From IMG/VR virus record IMGVR_UViG_3300024999_000083: a stretch of DNA of 64,000 bases. One strand, written 5' to 3'. The stretch comes from a virus. Shown here in pieces: positions 28,332-38,297 of the stretch (the first letter of the stretch is position 1; each line of letters starts with the position of its first letter). The position numbers and the translations under genes are program-made. The notes beneath the pieces were generated by a model. The model did no database searches and was not told where the DNA came from. It saw nothing but the letters and a program-made list of their open reading frames with translations.

Positions 28332-28871
28332 ATGCATAAAACTATTGTTGTAAATATATTTGGTGGCCCATCGGCAGGTAAATCAACCACTTCAGCAGGA
28401 ATATTTTATGAATTAAAACGCCAAGGCATTCGCTGTGAACTTGTTACTGAATATGCAAAAAGTAAAGTTTGGGAAGAAAGTTTTAAAGTATTAGAAGATC
28501 AAATTTATATTTTTGGTAAACAAAATCATAAAATGTTTACAGTCAAAGGAAAAGTAGATGTTATTATTACAGATTCACCTCTTCTTCTATCTTTATATTA
28601 TGGAAAAGATTTGTCTTCTAGTTTTAAAGGTTTAATTGTTGAAACACATAATACTTATCATAATATGAATTATTTTATCAATAATCTTGGAGAATACGAT
28701 ACTGTTGGTAGAATGCAAACTGAAGAAGAATCTTTAATTATTAGTGGTCATATTTTAGATATTTTGAAAGATGGTGAATTTCCTCATACTGTATTAAATA
28801 AAACTAATCTCGTAGTAGATTTTATTATAGGAGATATTTATAAAGAACTTGCTAAAGTGAAAGGATGTTAA
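28332..28871 (+). CDS. P-loop NTPase (AAA/kinase-like)
   Basis: Walker A GGPSAGKST. Confidence 0.5.
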   Translation: MHKTIVVNIFGGPSAGKSTTSAGIFYELKRQGIRCELVTEYAKSKVWEESFKVLEDQIYIFGKQNHKMFTVKGKVDVIITDSPLLLSLYYGKDLSSSFKGLIVETHNTYHNMNYFINNLGEYDTVGRMQTEEESLIISGHILDILKDGEFPHTVLNKTNLVVDFIIGDIYKELAKVKGC

Positions 28872-28873
28872 AA

Positions 28874-29140
28874 ATGGCAGTTAATGATTCGGTAATGAAT
28901 GTTGCAACAAGAATAAACACAGAAAGAATGCAAACTCAACCAGTAGAAATCCCAATCAAAGTAAAATATAAAAACTATCAAGGAATTACATCAATCAGAA
29001 ATATTATTCCTCAAAATATCTATTATGGTAGCACAGATTACCATAAAGAAGACCAGTGGCTATTAGAAGTTTGGGATATTGAAAAAGATGCTCTGAGAAC
29101 TTATGCAGTAATGGATATTATTGAGTTTATCAGAGATTAA
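28874..29140 (+). CDS. hypothetical protein
   Basis: ORF with AAAGGA RBS. Confidence 0.4.
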   Translation: MAVNDSVMNVATRINTERMQTQPVEIPIKVKYKNYQGITSIRNIIPQNIYYGSTDYHKEDQWLLEVWDIEKDALRTYAVMDIIEFIRD

Positions 29141-29225
29141 TTATAAAACCATAAAATCAACATTGAACTAGCATAATAATTTTTAACAGAAAGGAGGTGA
29201 AATTAAAAGAAAGGAGAAACCATAA

Positions 29226-29390
29226 ATGAAAGAACTTAAACAATGGTTAATTAATCACATTAATAATTTTTCCAAAGAATATTATAATGAAAGCACTTAT
29301 ATTTGGTCAAAAGGCTATAAGAAAGCATGTATAGAAATTTTAGAAATCATTAATAAGATTGAGAGTAAAAGTGGAAAAGGGGAGAAATAA
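29226..29390 (+). CDS. small hypothetical protein
   Basis: AAAGGAG RBS. Confidence 0.3.
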   Translation: MKELKQWLINHINNFSKEYYNESTYIWSKGYKKACIEILEIINKIESKSGKGEK

Positions 29391-29491
29391 ACAAATCGAA
29401 AATCTACTACAATTCCAAGAAGAATTATCTTTGAAATATAAATATCGCAAACTTAATAAAATCTCTATCAGCAGAAGTTAGACAAAAATAT

Positions 29492-29836
29492 TTGGATAAT
29501 TTGCCTTTAAACATTAATGGTGATACTAATTTCAAAATATATAGTCTAAATAATACATTAATATCAAATGGTTATAATCGTATTGTAATTGGTGATTATG
29601 GAGCATTCATTGAATTTGATAAATCTCAAGTTGTTAAATCAAATCTTAAAGTTAAATCAGGGCAAGAATATAGGTTTAATAATCCTAAATATAGTGAAAA
29701 TGTAAAATATTATTGGTTAACCCCTAACGATGATAGTGATATGAAAGTTTATCTTCAGAAGAAAACTGTGAGTTATGCTGATTATATGGTTGATATGTTT
29801 TATGTGTCACCATATGAGATTTTGTTAGAGGAGTGA
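29492..29836 (+). CDS. hypothetical protein
   Basis: ORF. Confidence 0.4.
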   Translation: MDNLPLNINGDTNFKIYSLNNTLISNGYNRIVIGDYGAFIEFDKSQVVKSNLKVKSGQEYRFNNPKYSENVKYYWLTPNDDSDMKVYLQKKTVSYADYMVDMFYVSPYEILLEE

Positions 29837-29839
29837 AGT

Positions 29840-30073
29840 ATGAAAAATATAATTGTTTATGATTCAACAATAGAAAAAGCATTCAATAAGTTACAAGAGT
29901 TGCTTGATAATATGAATCCAAAAGACATCAGAAAAGTTACAAAAACATCTCCTAATACTGGTATATTTACTATTGAATTAAATACTGGAGATTATTATAA
30001 AGCAATAAGCGCAAGTGATAATGCTAGAGGGTATAAATGGCAGTATGCCTATGTAGATAAAGATATAAATTAA
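29840..30073 (+). CDS. hypothetical protein
   Basis: ORF with GGAG RBS. Confidence 0.4.
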   Translation: MKNIIVYDSTIEKAFNKLQELLDNMNPKDIRKVTKTSPNTGIFTIELNTGDYYKAISASDNARGYKWQYAYVDKDIN

Positions 30074-30199
30074 GAATCACTTGATCATTCTGTATTTTAT
30101 AATTTCACACCTGAGTATGGTACTGATGATTATTGGAATTATGACAGAAATTTTAAAGACTATTACGAATGGTATTAAATAATGAAAGGAGTTAAAATA

Positions 30200-30889
30200 A
30201 TGCTAAGAACTGAACAAGTTGATGTGTCATTCAACCTAAAACTTCAAAAAGACCTCCAAGAACATGAAATTATCTGCCCTCACTGCGGAGGTACAGGACT
30301 TCAAGTGGATGATAATCCATTTGGCCTTAAAGAAGAAAATAGTAAAATTCATTTTCCATATAAACAACAAACTATTGTTGGATGTAGATATTGTTATAAT
30401 GGAGTTCAAAGTAAATGTTTACATTGTGATAAAATATTATCTAGAGGAACTTCTAGATGTGATTGTAAACAGTCAAACTTAGAACGTATTCAAGAGCGAT
30501 ATGATAAAGATTTAGAGACATGGAATAAAGCAAAAAAGATTAGTTACGAACAAGCGTGTAACGACTTCACAATGATTTATATTGATAATTATGATAAATA
30601 TCTCATGGTTGAAGAATTAGAAGAATGGATAGAAGATAAAGAAAGCGAAGCAGACCAATCAATATGTCGCGAAGAATTAAGAGTTTATGGCACATATATT
30701 ATGGAATTATCTATAGATACATCTGATATTTTAGAAAATGCTTGTAGTGATTTACACGAAGATGCTAGAGATAATATTTCGGTACAAGATGAGGAAGAAC
30801 TTCAAGTGTTATTAAATAAATGGTGCGAAAATAATAAGCAAGGAACTACGAGTTATTATGTTGATTTCAATGTTGGAATTAATTTGTAA
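30200..30889 (+). CDS. hypothetical Cys-rich (multi zinc-ribbon) acidic protein
   Basis: CPHCGGTG, CRYCYNG, CLHCDK, CDC motifs; AAAGGAG RBS. Confidence 0.5.
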   Translation: MLRTEQVDVSFNLKLQKDLQEHEIICPHCGGTGLQVDDNPFGLKEENSKIHFPYKQQTIVGCRYCYNGVQSKCLHCDKILSRGTSRCDCKQSNLERIQERYDKDLETWNKAKKISYEQACNDFTMIYIDNYDKYLMVEELEEWIEDKESEADQSICREELRVYGTYIMELSIDTSDILENACSDLHEDARDNISVQDEEELQVLLNKWCENNKQGTTSYYVDFNVGINL

Positions 30890-30897
30890 ATTAGGAT

Positions 30898-31281
30898 GTG
30901 ATTAAAATAAAATTATGGGAATACGTTCTTACAAATGATAAAGAAGCAGAATTTATAAAATGGAAAAGTGGTAAAAGAATTTCAGAAGATAAATTATTAA
31001 TTTATGATTATTGCCCTATGTCATTTGAATGTTTGGTTGATACTGAGTATAATACAGCATATAAATTAAAAAATAAAAAAGGGGATTGTAAATATCAAGA
31101 AGTTGATCATAACGATATTCGTTTAGAATATTACGATAGCAAAGAACAATTCGAAAAAGATTTTCTTAAAGAATATAAAGTTTGTAGCGAATGTTGGAAT
31201 AGGGAAATAAAGAGTGAAGTTGATAAAGAATATGAGACATATTTAAAACTTAAAGAAAAATATGGAGACAAAAAGAAATAA
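30898..31281 (+). CDS. hypothetical protein
   Basis: ORF. Confidence 0.4.
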   Translation: MIKIKLWEYVLTNDKEAEFIKWKSGKRISEDKLLIYDYCPMSFECLVDTEYNTAYKLKNKKGDCKYQEVDHNDIRLEYYDSKEQFEKDFLKEYKVCSECWNREIKSEVDKEYETYLKLKEKYGDKKK

Positions 31282-31310
31282 TGATTTTGAAGAAAAGGAG
31301 AAGCAAAATT

Positions 31311-31535
31311 ATGAAATTACTCTGTATTGAATCAGTAATTATGGATGTTAGTGGCGAACAATCATTTACAAAAGACAAAGAATATAAGAGCTATAAATTA
31401 ACTTGTAAAATTGATTATGATATTGAAATGGTCATTTATGCTAAAAATGATCAAGGAGAAAGTCATATTATTAAAAATATAGACAACTCAAATTTAGATA
31501 ATTTTTATGATAGTCATTTTAAAGAAATAAAATAA
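31311..31535 (+). CDS. hypothetical protein
   Basis: AAGGAG RBS before ATG 31311. Confidence 0.4.
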   Translation: MKLLCIESVIMDVSGEQSFTKDKEYKSYKLTCKIDYDIEMVIYAKNDQGESHIIKNIDNSNLDNFYDSHFKEIK

Positions 31536-31809
31536 ATAAACTGTATTATCAATAAAAGGAGGAAATTATCATAGATATTCTACTCTACAATTCAAAAGAT
31601 GATGTAGTAATAGCATACACCTCTAATAATCAAAATTATCAAAACAATGATCAAATCAAGATCAAAGGAAGCAACAAAAACTATAAGATAGTTGACATCA
31701 ATAAATATCATGTTATGGGAAGAGAACAGTATGTGTCATTGGAATTAAAAGTTATTAAGTAAATCATAAATCATAAGTATAAAGTCACAAATAATATTAA
31801 ACAAAGGAT

Positions 31810-32016
31810 GTGAATATCATAAATAAAGATGAACGTGTTGTTTGTACAGATTGTGTTAATTGGGATAAATTAAAAAAGAAGTTAGAAAATTACTTTAGTT
31901 GTAATACTGCATTATGTTTCCGATGCGAGTGTAATAAATGCAGTTGTTACGATCCGACGAGTACCAGAAGGTTTGAAACTAGGCCACTATTTGTAAGAAA
32001 GATTGTTATTACATAG
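31810..32016 (+). CDS. small Cys-rich protein
   Basis: CTDC...CFRCECNKCSC. Confidence 0.35.
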   Translation: MNIINKDERVVCTDCVNWDKLKKKLENYFSCNTALCFRCECNKCSCYDPTSTRRFETRPLFVRKIVIT

Positions 32017-32024
32017 TCTAGTAA

Positions 32025-32069
32025 AGTGAAATAAGTAATAGAAAAATACAGTTCTTATTTCACTTTTCC
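32025..32069 (+). terminator. rho-independent terminator (11-bp stem AGTGAAATAAG/CTTATTTCACT then TTTTCC)
   Basis: Hairpin directly downstream of the 31810-32016 stop. Confidence 0.55.
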
Positions 32070-32101
32070 AATATTTATGAAATAAATAAATTTAAAGGAG
32101 A

Positions 32102-32305
32102 ATGATTAATATGAGAAATAATGTAAATATATCAAACAAAGAGATTTTAACCAAAGAGGAATTAGAATCAAAACATTATGAAAGAATGATGGGATTATTA
32201 ATTGCTGATTTTGAAGGAAGAGATTTTGAGGAATGTGATGTAATTCTTAGACAAATTATTAAGGTCGCACATGATTTGCTTAATGAACCTGATGTTATGA
32301 AGTAG
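32102..32305 (+). CDS. hypothetical protein
   Basis: ORF with AAGGAG RBS. Confidence 0.4.
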   Translation: MINMRNNVNISNKEILTKEELESKHYERMMGLLIADFEGRDFEECDVILRQIIKVAHDLLNEPDVMK

Positions 32306-32423
32306 ATTTGCTTTGTGAGAGACAGAATGGTGTATAGGTTCAGTTTAAAATTTATTAAGGTATGAATTGTTGAGGATTGATTTATGAAGTCTTATATATG
32401 GCAAATTAGAGGAGGAATTATAA

Positions 32424-32660
32424 ATGTCAAGTCTATTATTAAATATGAATATCAAAGTTACAGAAGTTGATGAGATTATGAATATTGCAAAATGTGCTTT
32501 TAATCTTGTTGATCAAATTGAATTAAGTGATTTCAGAGATGAATCTGGACACAAATTAAAAATGAATGATTCTTATATAAAATTAAAGGAATCTATTCAT
32601 TCATTTAATGATTTATTAGAGAAATGTAATAATTATGAATTTGTTGATATGAGCAAATAA
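32424..32660 (+). CDS. hypothetical protein
   Basis: ORF with GGAGG RBS. Confidence 0.4.
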   Translation: MSSLLLNMNIKVTEVDEIMNIAKCAFNLVDQIELSDFRDESGHKLKMNDSYIKLKESIHSFNDLLEKCNNYEFVDMSK

Positions 32661-32671
32661 AAAGAAATGGA

Positions 32672-32893
32672 GTGATTATTATGCTAGTAAAGATTGGAGA
32701 CAAAATTTATAACTCTACTCAAGTTCCTATTTTATTAATATTTGATGCAAAAGAAATTAAGGATATGCAAAATTTAGCAGACAATAATCATAAATATTGT
32801 TCATGTCCAGATGATACAGAGGAGAAAGATATTGAAGAATTTATGAGAACTGATGAAGTAGAAATTGAGATTACTGGTTATGTTAGATATTAA
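32672..32893 (+). CDS. hypothetical protein
   Basis: ORF. Confidence 0.35.
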   Translation: MIIMLVKIGDKIYNSTQVPILLIFDAKEIKDMQNLADNNHKYCSCPDDTEEKDIEEFMRTDEVEIEITGYVRY

Positions 32894-32937
32894 ATTTATT
32901 AGGTGATTAAATAGTAAGTAAATACATAAATAATTTT

Positions 32938-32966
32938 TTGACTTTGTTGGTTAATTAATATATAAT
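32938..32966 (+). promoter_or_regulatory. sigma-A promoter TTGACT-17-TATAAT
   Basis: TTGACT 32938-32943, 17-nt spacer, TATAAT 32961-32966; AAAGGTGGTG RBS follows. Confidence 0.55.
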
Positions 32967-32989
32967 ATTTATGAAAGGTGGTGAAAAGT

Positions 32990-33505
32990 ATGGCAAAAGG
33001 AAAAGGAATTAATCTTACTCCTAGAGAACCCAAAAAGAAGCAAGATAAATATTCTGAAACTCCAAATAAAACCAAAAGAGAATATTTGCACGAAATTAAT
33101 AGTCAAGTAATTTATTTAGGAATTATTGACATTTACAAAAATACATTAGCCACTATTATAAAAAGATCAAAGAAACACCTAAGCGAATATTATTCAATTA
33201 AATTTGCTATCGACGATGAGATTGTTAACGATATTGCAGGTGGAGTTTTGATTTCTATTGAGGAATATGAACTTAAATTAGCAAATGAAGAAGAAAAAGA
33301 ATTTAATCAAGATCAAGAGGATGATCAAAGTAATCTATCAGATGAAGAGATTAAAATTGTAGATTCAGGGTATACACCATATAAAAATCATTTATCCTGC
33401 TTCTCTCCTATTGATTTTTTAAACAAGAATTGTGGTGAAAAATGTACACATAAAAATCAATGCATTTATAGGTATAAAGGAAGATATGACAAGGTTAAAT
33501 TTTAG
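32990..33505 (+). CDS. hypothetical protein (basic N-terminus, acidic middle)
   Basis: ORF. Confidence 0.45.
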   Translation: MAKGKGINLTPREPKKKQDKYSETPNKTKREYLHEINSQVIYLGIIDIYKNTLATIIKRSKKHLSEYYSIKFAIDDEIVNDIAGGVLISIEEYELKLANEEEKEFNQDQEDDQSNLSDEEIKIVDSGYTPYKNHLSCFSPIDFLNKNCGEKCTHKNQCIYRYKGRYDKVKF

Positions 33506-33534
33506 ATAAGATCAGAAAGGAAGATAAAAACCAA

Positions 33535-34305
33535 TTGGCAAATAAGATAATTAAAAATTTACCATCAGAAAGAATTGGTGAAGAAAATGTAAATTCATAT
33601 GGATCAACTTTTAAAATCATAGAATATAACAGTTCCAATGATATTCTAGTACAATTTTATGATGGATACAAAAGAAAAGCAAGATATTATAGATTCTTAA
33701 GAGGGGAGGTGAGTAATCCATATGATAAAACTGTTTGTGGAGTAGGGTATTATGGTGAGGTAGACCATACTGAAATTTTTAAACGCAAACAACACCACAG
33801 GTGGATAAATATGATGCATAGATGTTATAACGCAAAAATATATGAAAAATGCCCTAGTTATAAAGGTTGTACTGTATGTAAAGAATGGCATAATTTTCAG
33901 GTGTTTGATAAGTGGTACGAAGAAAATTATTATGAAATTGATGGACAAACAATGGAAGTAGATAAAGACATATTGGTAAAAGGTAATAAAATATACTCAC
34001 CTGAAACTTGTGTATTTGTACCTCACAATATCAACACATTATTTTTAAAAAGCGATGGTAAGCGCGGTGAATTTCCAATTGGAGTAAGTTTGCATAAAAA
34101 ATCAAACACTTATATAGCATCATGCAAAAACAAATTTACAAAAAAAGTAACTATCGGCTATTACCCTACTATAGAATTAGCTTTCAATACATATAAAAAG
34201 TATAAGAAAACAATTATAAAAGAAGTTGCAGACGATTATAAAGATAAAATACCACAAAGATTATATGAAGCTATGTATAAATATGAAGTAGAAATTACTG
34301 ATTAA
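33535..34305 (+). CDS. HNH-type homing endonuclease-like protein
   Basis: Pattern W.NMMHRCYN...Y..C.VC.EW.NF..F..W...NY.E resembling phage HNH endonuclease families. Confidence 0.4.
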   Translation: MANKIIKNLPSERIGEENVNSYGSTFKIIEYNSSNDILVQFYDGYKRKARYYRFLRGEVSNPYDKTVCGVGYYGEVDHTEIFKRKQHHRWINMMHRCYNAKIYEKCPSYKGCTVCKEWHNFQVFDKWYEENYYEIDGQTMEVDKDILVKGNKIYSPETCVFVPHNINTLFLKSDGKRGEFPIGVSLHKKSNTYIASCKNKFTKKVTIGYYPTIELAFNTYKKYKKTIIKEVADDYKDKIPQRLYEAMYKYEVEITD

Positions 34306-34342
34306 ATACATAAATAATTTAATTAAAGCGAGGAAGATATAA

Positions 34343-35008
34343 ATGATTAAAGTAGAAAATATATCAGTTATGAATTTTGAAAATGCGATTAGAGGAATGA
34401 GAAATCCTCTAGAAAGTTGGGATCAATCAGATAGTTATTGGAAATATAACTCTGAGTTAAGAAGTGGAATGGAGTATATTATTGGCCCAAAAGATATGGA
34501 AGTTGCACTTAAACTTATTAAAGCTGGTTCAGATCACTCCAAATTCATTCGTCAAGTGTTTGTGTCAATGGATATAACTGCTCCTATGTCATGGTGGTGG
34601 GATTTTGATACATATAAGGTTTCAACAGTAAGAAATAGCACCAGTAGAATGCATAAACTAGGAACACGATTATTAACTATTGAAGATTTTAGTTATGATA
34701 GTCAAGATGGAGAAATAAATATTACTCCATTAAGACAATACGTAATGGACGATCTAAACAAACGAATAATAGAGTATCAAAAACTTAAAGAAACAGATAT
34801 TAAATCAGCATTAAAATTATGGAGAGAAATTGTATTTGATTCACCTCAAAATTATAATTTTTTATCCACTTGGACTGGAAATTATGAAAATCTTAGAAAT
34901 ATATATCATGGTAGAAAAAATCATAAGCAAAGAGAATTTCCTGATTTTTGTGATGTTATTGAGGATTTGCCATATAGTCAATTAATTACTATTGAGAGGA
35001 AGAGATAA
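34343..35008 (+). CDS. hypothetical protein (no ThyX RHR motif)
   Basis: 221-aa ORF between the HNH-like and kinase genes. Confidence 0.45.
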   Translation: MIKVENISVMNFENAIRGMRNPLESWDQSDSYWKYNSELRSGMEYIIGPKDMEVALKLIKAGSDHSKFIRQVFVSMDITAPMSWWWDFDTYKVSTVRNSTSRMHKLGTRLLTIEDFSYDSQDGEINITPLRQYVMDDLNKRIIEYQKLKETDIKSALKLWREIVFDSPQNYNFLSTWTGNYENLRNIYHGRKNHKQREFPDFCDVIEDLPYSQLITIERKR

Positions 35009-35011
35009 ACA

Positions 35012-35545
35012 ATGTCGAGTATAATCCTCGTAAGTGGAAAATCTAATTCTGGCAAAGGAGAAACATCAAAAAAACTAGAACAACTCTTTAAATCACAAAA
35101 TAAACATGTAATTAGATGTAGTTTATCAACTTATATAAGAGAATTAACTAAAAATGATTTTTATTGGAACGGAATAGACACACTAGAAAGTCGTAAATTT
35201 ATGGCTGAAGTTTATAGAGTTGGAACAGACTTTTATCCACATCATATGGCAAGAAGAGTTTGGGAAAGAGATATTGAACCGTATGCAAATAAAGATACAA
35301 TCGCAATTGTAGAAAGTTTTCGTGAAAAGGTTAATTATGATTATTTCAATTTTCTTTTACAATTTAAATATATTGATAAATTGACAACAATTAGAATAAT
35401 TAGACCAAATTTTAATGTTATTCAAAATGAAAAACTTGAAAATCATGTTTCTGAATCTGATTTAGATGATTTTGTGTTTGATTATGTTATTGAGAATAGT
35501 GGAACTGTTGAAGAATTAGATGAGAAGTTAAAGGAGTTGTTTTAA
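35012..35545 (+). CDS. P-loop (deoxy)nucleotide kinase-like protein
   Basis: Walker A-like LVSGKSNSGKGETS; small size; next to the NDT-like gene. Confidence 0.45.
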   Translation: MSSIILVSGKSNSGKGETSKKLEQLFKSQNKHVIRCSLSTYIRELTKNDFYWNGIDTLESRKFMAEVYRVGTDFYPHHMARRVWERDIEPYANKDTIAIVESFREKVNYDYFNFLLQFKYIDKLTTIRIIRPNFNVIQNEKLENHVSESDLDDFVFDYVIENSGTVEELDEKLKELF

Positions 35546-35980
35546 ATGTATGCTTATCTTGCAGGAGCACTTACCATACATCATAGAAATAATGAATTCT
35601 ATAAGGCTACAAATTGGAGAAATAAATTTAAGGATTGGGCTAAAAATAATTCAGTAAGTACATTTGATCCTTGTATTAATTTTCTTAGAGAAATTAATCA
35701 TACATATGATCCTAAGATTGTGGTTGACCAAAATAATTACTATATTAATAAATCAGATATTTGTATTGTTTGCCTAGATTCTATAGATTTCAGTCCAGGA
35801 ACTATATTTGAGTTAACTAGATTTAAAGAATTAGGAAAACCAGTTATAGCATTTGGAAGTGATAAACACTGGAGTCCTCATATCAATTCGTGTATCAGTA
35901 ATTATTGTGTAGAATTAGACGGTGCAATTGATGTTTTAGAAAATATGTTTGATCAATGGAGTTTCGGATTATATAAGTAA
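35546..35980 (+). CDS. nucleoside 2-deoxyribosyltransferase-family protein
   Basis: N-terminal YLAGAL (compare YLAGP) and GTIFELTRF (compare DxGTxFExG catalytic Glu motif). Confidence 0.5.
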   Translation: MYAYLAGALTIHHRNNEFYKATNWRNKFKDWAKNNSVSTFDPCINFLREINHTYDPKIVVDQNNYYINKSDICIVCLDSIDFSPGTIFELTRFKELGKPVIAFGSDKHWSPHINSCISNYCVELDGAIDVLENMFDQWSFGLYK

Positions 35981-35992
35981 AAGGAGAAATAA

Positions 35993-36394
35993 ATGAATTA
36001 TTGTGAAAACATAAAATGTAATCGAATTAGTCTGTGTGACTACCCATGCGAACCATATACCGATTACATAATAAATTTATCATTGAAGAAAGGAAACACA
36101 GAAAATAAAAAGGAGAATGAAATAATGGATTATAATATTGAAGAATTTATGGAATTCAGTGTAGGAGATCCAGAATACTTACAAATTTGTAATGGTTTAA
36201 TTTCACCAACTCAAGCAATAGACTTTAAGAAATTGCGTCAATATATGATTGAGAAAAATGAAGAATACTGCAAAGATTACGGATTGTGTGAAATTTGCCA
36301 TTCTCCATTTATAGATGAAAAGCAGGTAGAAGAATATTGGGGATACAGAATGGTTATAGGACTTAATAGAATATGTCCGAATGGTTGTAGTTAG
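35993..36394 (+). CDS. hypothetical Cys-rich protein
   Basis: ORF. Confidence 0.4.
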   Translation: MNYCENIKCNRISLCDYPCEPYTDYIINLSLKKGNTENKKENEIMDYNIEEFMEFSVGDPEYLQICNGLISPTQAIDFKKLRQYMIEKNEEYCKDYGLCEICHSPFIDEKQVEEYWGYRMVIGLNRICPNGCS

Positions 36395-36430
36395 GAAAAA
36401 TAATAAATTAAACGAAAGAAGGAATTAATA

Positions 36431-36919
36431 ATGGCAAAGATTAAACAAATTGGTGGAAATCCTAAAGAAATAGCTTATGATGCAAAGGATATCTTAATAT
36501 GGCTCAATTGTTTAGAAAATAAATCACATCCTGCTTACATGACTACGCCATATGATTTTACTCAGAATAATCAAAAATGTCCTATATGTGAAGGAAGAGA
36601 ACCTATTACTGCATATGTCATTAGATATTATGCAGGTAAAAAATTAAAAGAAGATCAAAATATAAAATTCAAAGTAATCAAAGGTGCTGTAACAACTATT
36701 GAAGAAGCAAAATCAGAAGTATTTAATATATTTTGGAATATTATCAAGAAGAACTGTAATAATGTTATTGCAGATGATTTAGTAATATTTGAGGATATTG
36801 CTCCAACTTGTCATTGTGGTTGTGGTATGGTAGCAACAGATGGAAATGTTGAGATAGTTGGTAGGAAACAGGGATTATTTGATAAAGGTGAGTTTATTAT
36901 TGATATTGTAAAAGCTTAA
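36431..36919 (+). CDS. hypothetical protein (CPICEG, CHCGCG motifs)
   Basis: ORF. Confidence 0.45.
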   Translation: MAKIKQIGGNPKEIAYDAKDILIWLNCLENKSHPAYMTTPYDFTQNNQKCPICEGREPITAYVIRYYAGKKLKEDQNIKFKVIKGAVTTIEEAKSEVFNIFWNIIKKNCNNVIADDLVIFEDIAPTCHCGCGMVATDGNVEIVGRKQGLFDKGEFIIDIVKA

Positions 36920-37647
36920 CTATAATGATAATTAAAATAGGCACTTTCTCCTGAAACAAAATCTCTAAGAACCTTTTTAACGAAACCAAATGGATTCTTA
37001 ATATGAAATTTAGCATTGAATAATGTATTTAAAGCACTTTTTAATTGATCTGCATTAGCATTGACCTCTCTTAATATTTTGGTTACAGTAATTGCAAAAT
37101 CTGAATCTGGGTCTATTTTAGAATCTCCAAGAGTTTTTATGATAGACCAATCATTTTCTTGATTCCAAAATTCTTCTTTTGCAGGTTCATTTTCTGATTT
37201 AACCATACATACATCTTTAGATATTGTTGTATTAGGTGTAATGATCAAGTCACTTTGTCTGTCTTCTTGGACATCTTGTCTTTTTTTATCCACAGGTTTA
37301 GATTCAATTGGTTTTTCCATTCCAATTAGTTTATACAATACATCTAAATCAATTCTATATGATTTTCCATGATACCAATCTTTAGATTCAAATTGTTTAG
37401 ATATTAAAACTTTCTTATCTTCTAAATCCTTAATTGCTCTTTGAATTGTCTTAGTAGATTTATTTAGTTCTAAGGCCCACTGATCTACAGTCTTATAAAC
37501 CCATAAAAAACCCTCCTTATATTTTGTTGCTCTATTTAACCAATATTTCAAACGAGACAATAGTTCAGCTTGGGTCTGACCAAAAATATTAACTACAGTA
37601 GGTTGAACAACAATAGGCATTTCATTAGGAATAATTAAATCTATCAT
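36916..37647 (-). CDS. HTH replication-initiator/replisome-organizer-like protein
   Basis: Winged-helix segment WVYKTVDQWALELNKSTKTIQRAIKDLEDKKVLI; sits next to the DnaA-box cluster. Confidence 0.45.
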   Translation of the reverse strand: MIDLIIPNEMPIVVQPTVVNIFGQTQAELLSRLKYWLNRATKYKEGFLWVYKTVDQWALELNKSTKTIQRAIKDLEDKKVLISKQFESKDWYHGKSYRIDLDVLYKLIGMEKPIESKPVDKKRQDVQEDRQSDLIITPNTTISKDVCMVKSENEPAKEEFWNQENDWSIIKTLGDSKIDPDSDFAITVTKILREVNANADQLKSALNTLFNAKFHIKNPFGFVKKVLRDFVSGESAYFNYHYS

Positions 37648-38125
37648 GATTAAAACCTTCTTTCAGCATTTTCCCATAGCAATGCTAAAGACTGTTTACA
37701 AATTTTTAAAATCATGATAAAATGACTTAAAGAATTTAATACAAGTCTTCAGGGGTCTTCTATGAAATGTTAAGTTTGGTCGCTCTGCATTTCATAGAAG
37801 ATTTTTTCATGTGCTATTTAAAGTTATTAAGATAATTTGATTAATCAAACTCAATAAAATAAAAAAGTTAGTAGCATGTACATTTCTGCACCAACTACTA
37901 ACTTTGAAATCCTTAATCTAATTTATTATCCAAAGACTTGATTTTCTTAATGTCTTTAGTTATAATAATCTCAAGAACTAAAAGCTTAATGTTGGTTCAG
38001 AACATTTTGCTAGAAAAAACTTGATCTCTTGCAAAGGTCAGGTTTTTTCGCATTTTATTGAGTTGTTAATTTATTAGAGTTATATATTCGACAAGTTGAT
38101 ACAATTCTCCTTCTAAGAATAAAAA

Positions 38126-38196
38126 TTATCCACAGGTAATAGTATATACCAGAATTTCCTTTGTGGATAGATAGTCCTCGACAAAATTTATCCACA
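38126..38196. promoter_or_regulatory. DnaA-box cluster (candidate origin/DnaA-regulated region)
   Basis: TTATCCACA at 38126-38134 and 38188-38196, CTATCCACA (reverse) at 38162-38170, in an AT-rich intergenic region; IR AAGCACTATCCA/TGGATAGTGCTT at 38238-38272. Confidence 0.55.
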
Positions 38197-38297
38197 TGTT
38201 GATAAGTGTTCGGGTCGGATAATAAAAGTGAAAAAATAAGCACTATCCAGTTAATTTTGGATAGTGCTTTTACATTTTAACTATTTCACCTTAACAT

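Noticed and set aside
34343-35008. Flavin-dependent thymidylate synthase (ThyX) assignment
   Set aside because: No RHR...S..RY signature could be found. The protein is left as hypothetical.
38055-38243. Minus-strand 62-aa ORF
   Set aside because: Overlaps the DnaA-box cluster and intergenic AT-rich region. No RBS.
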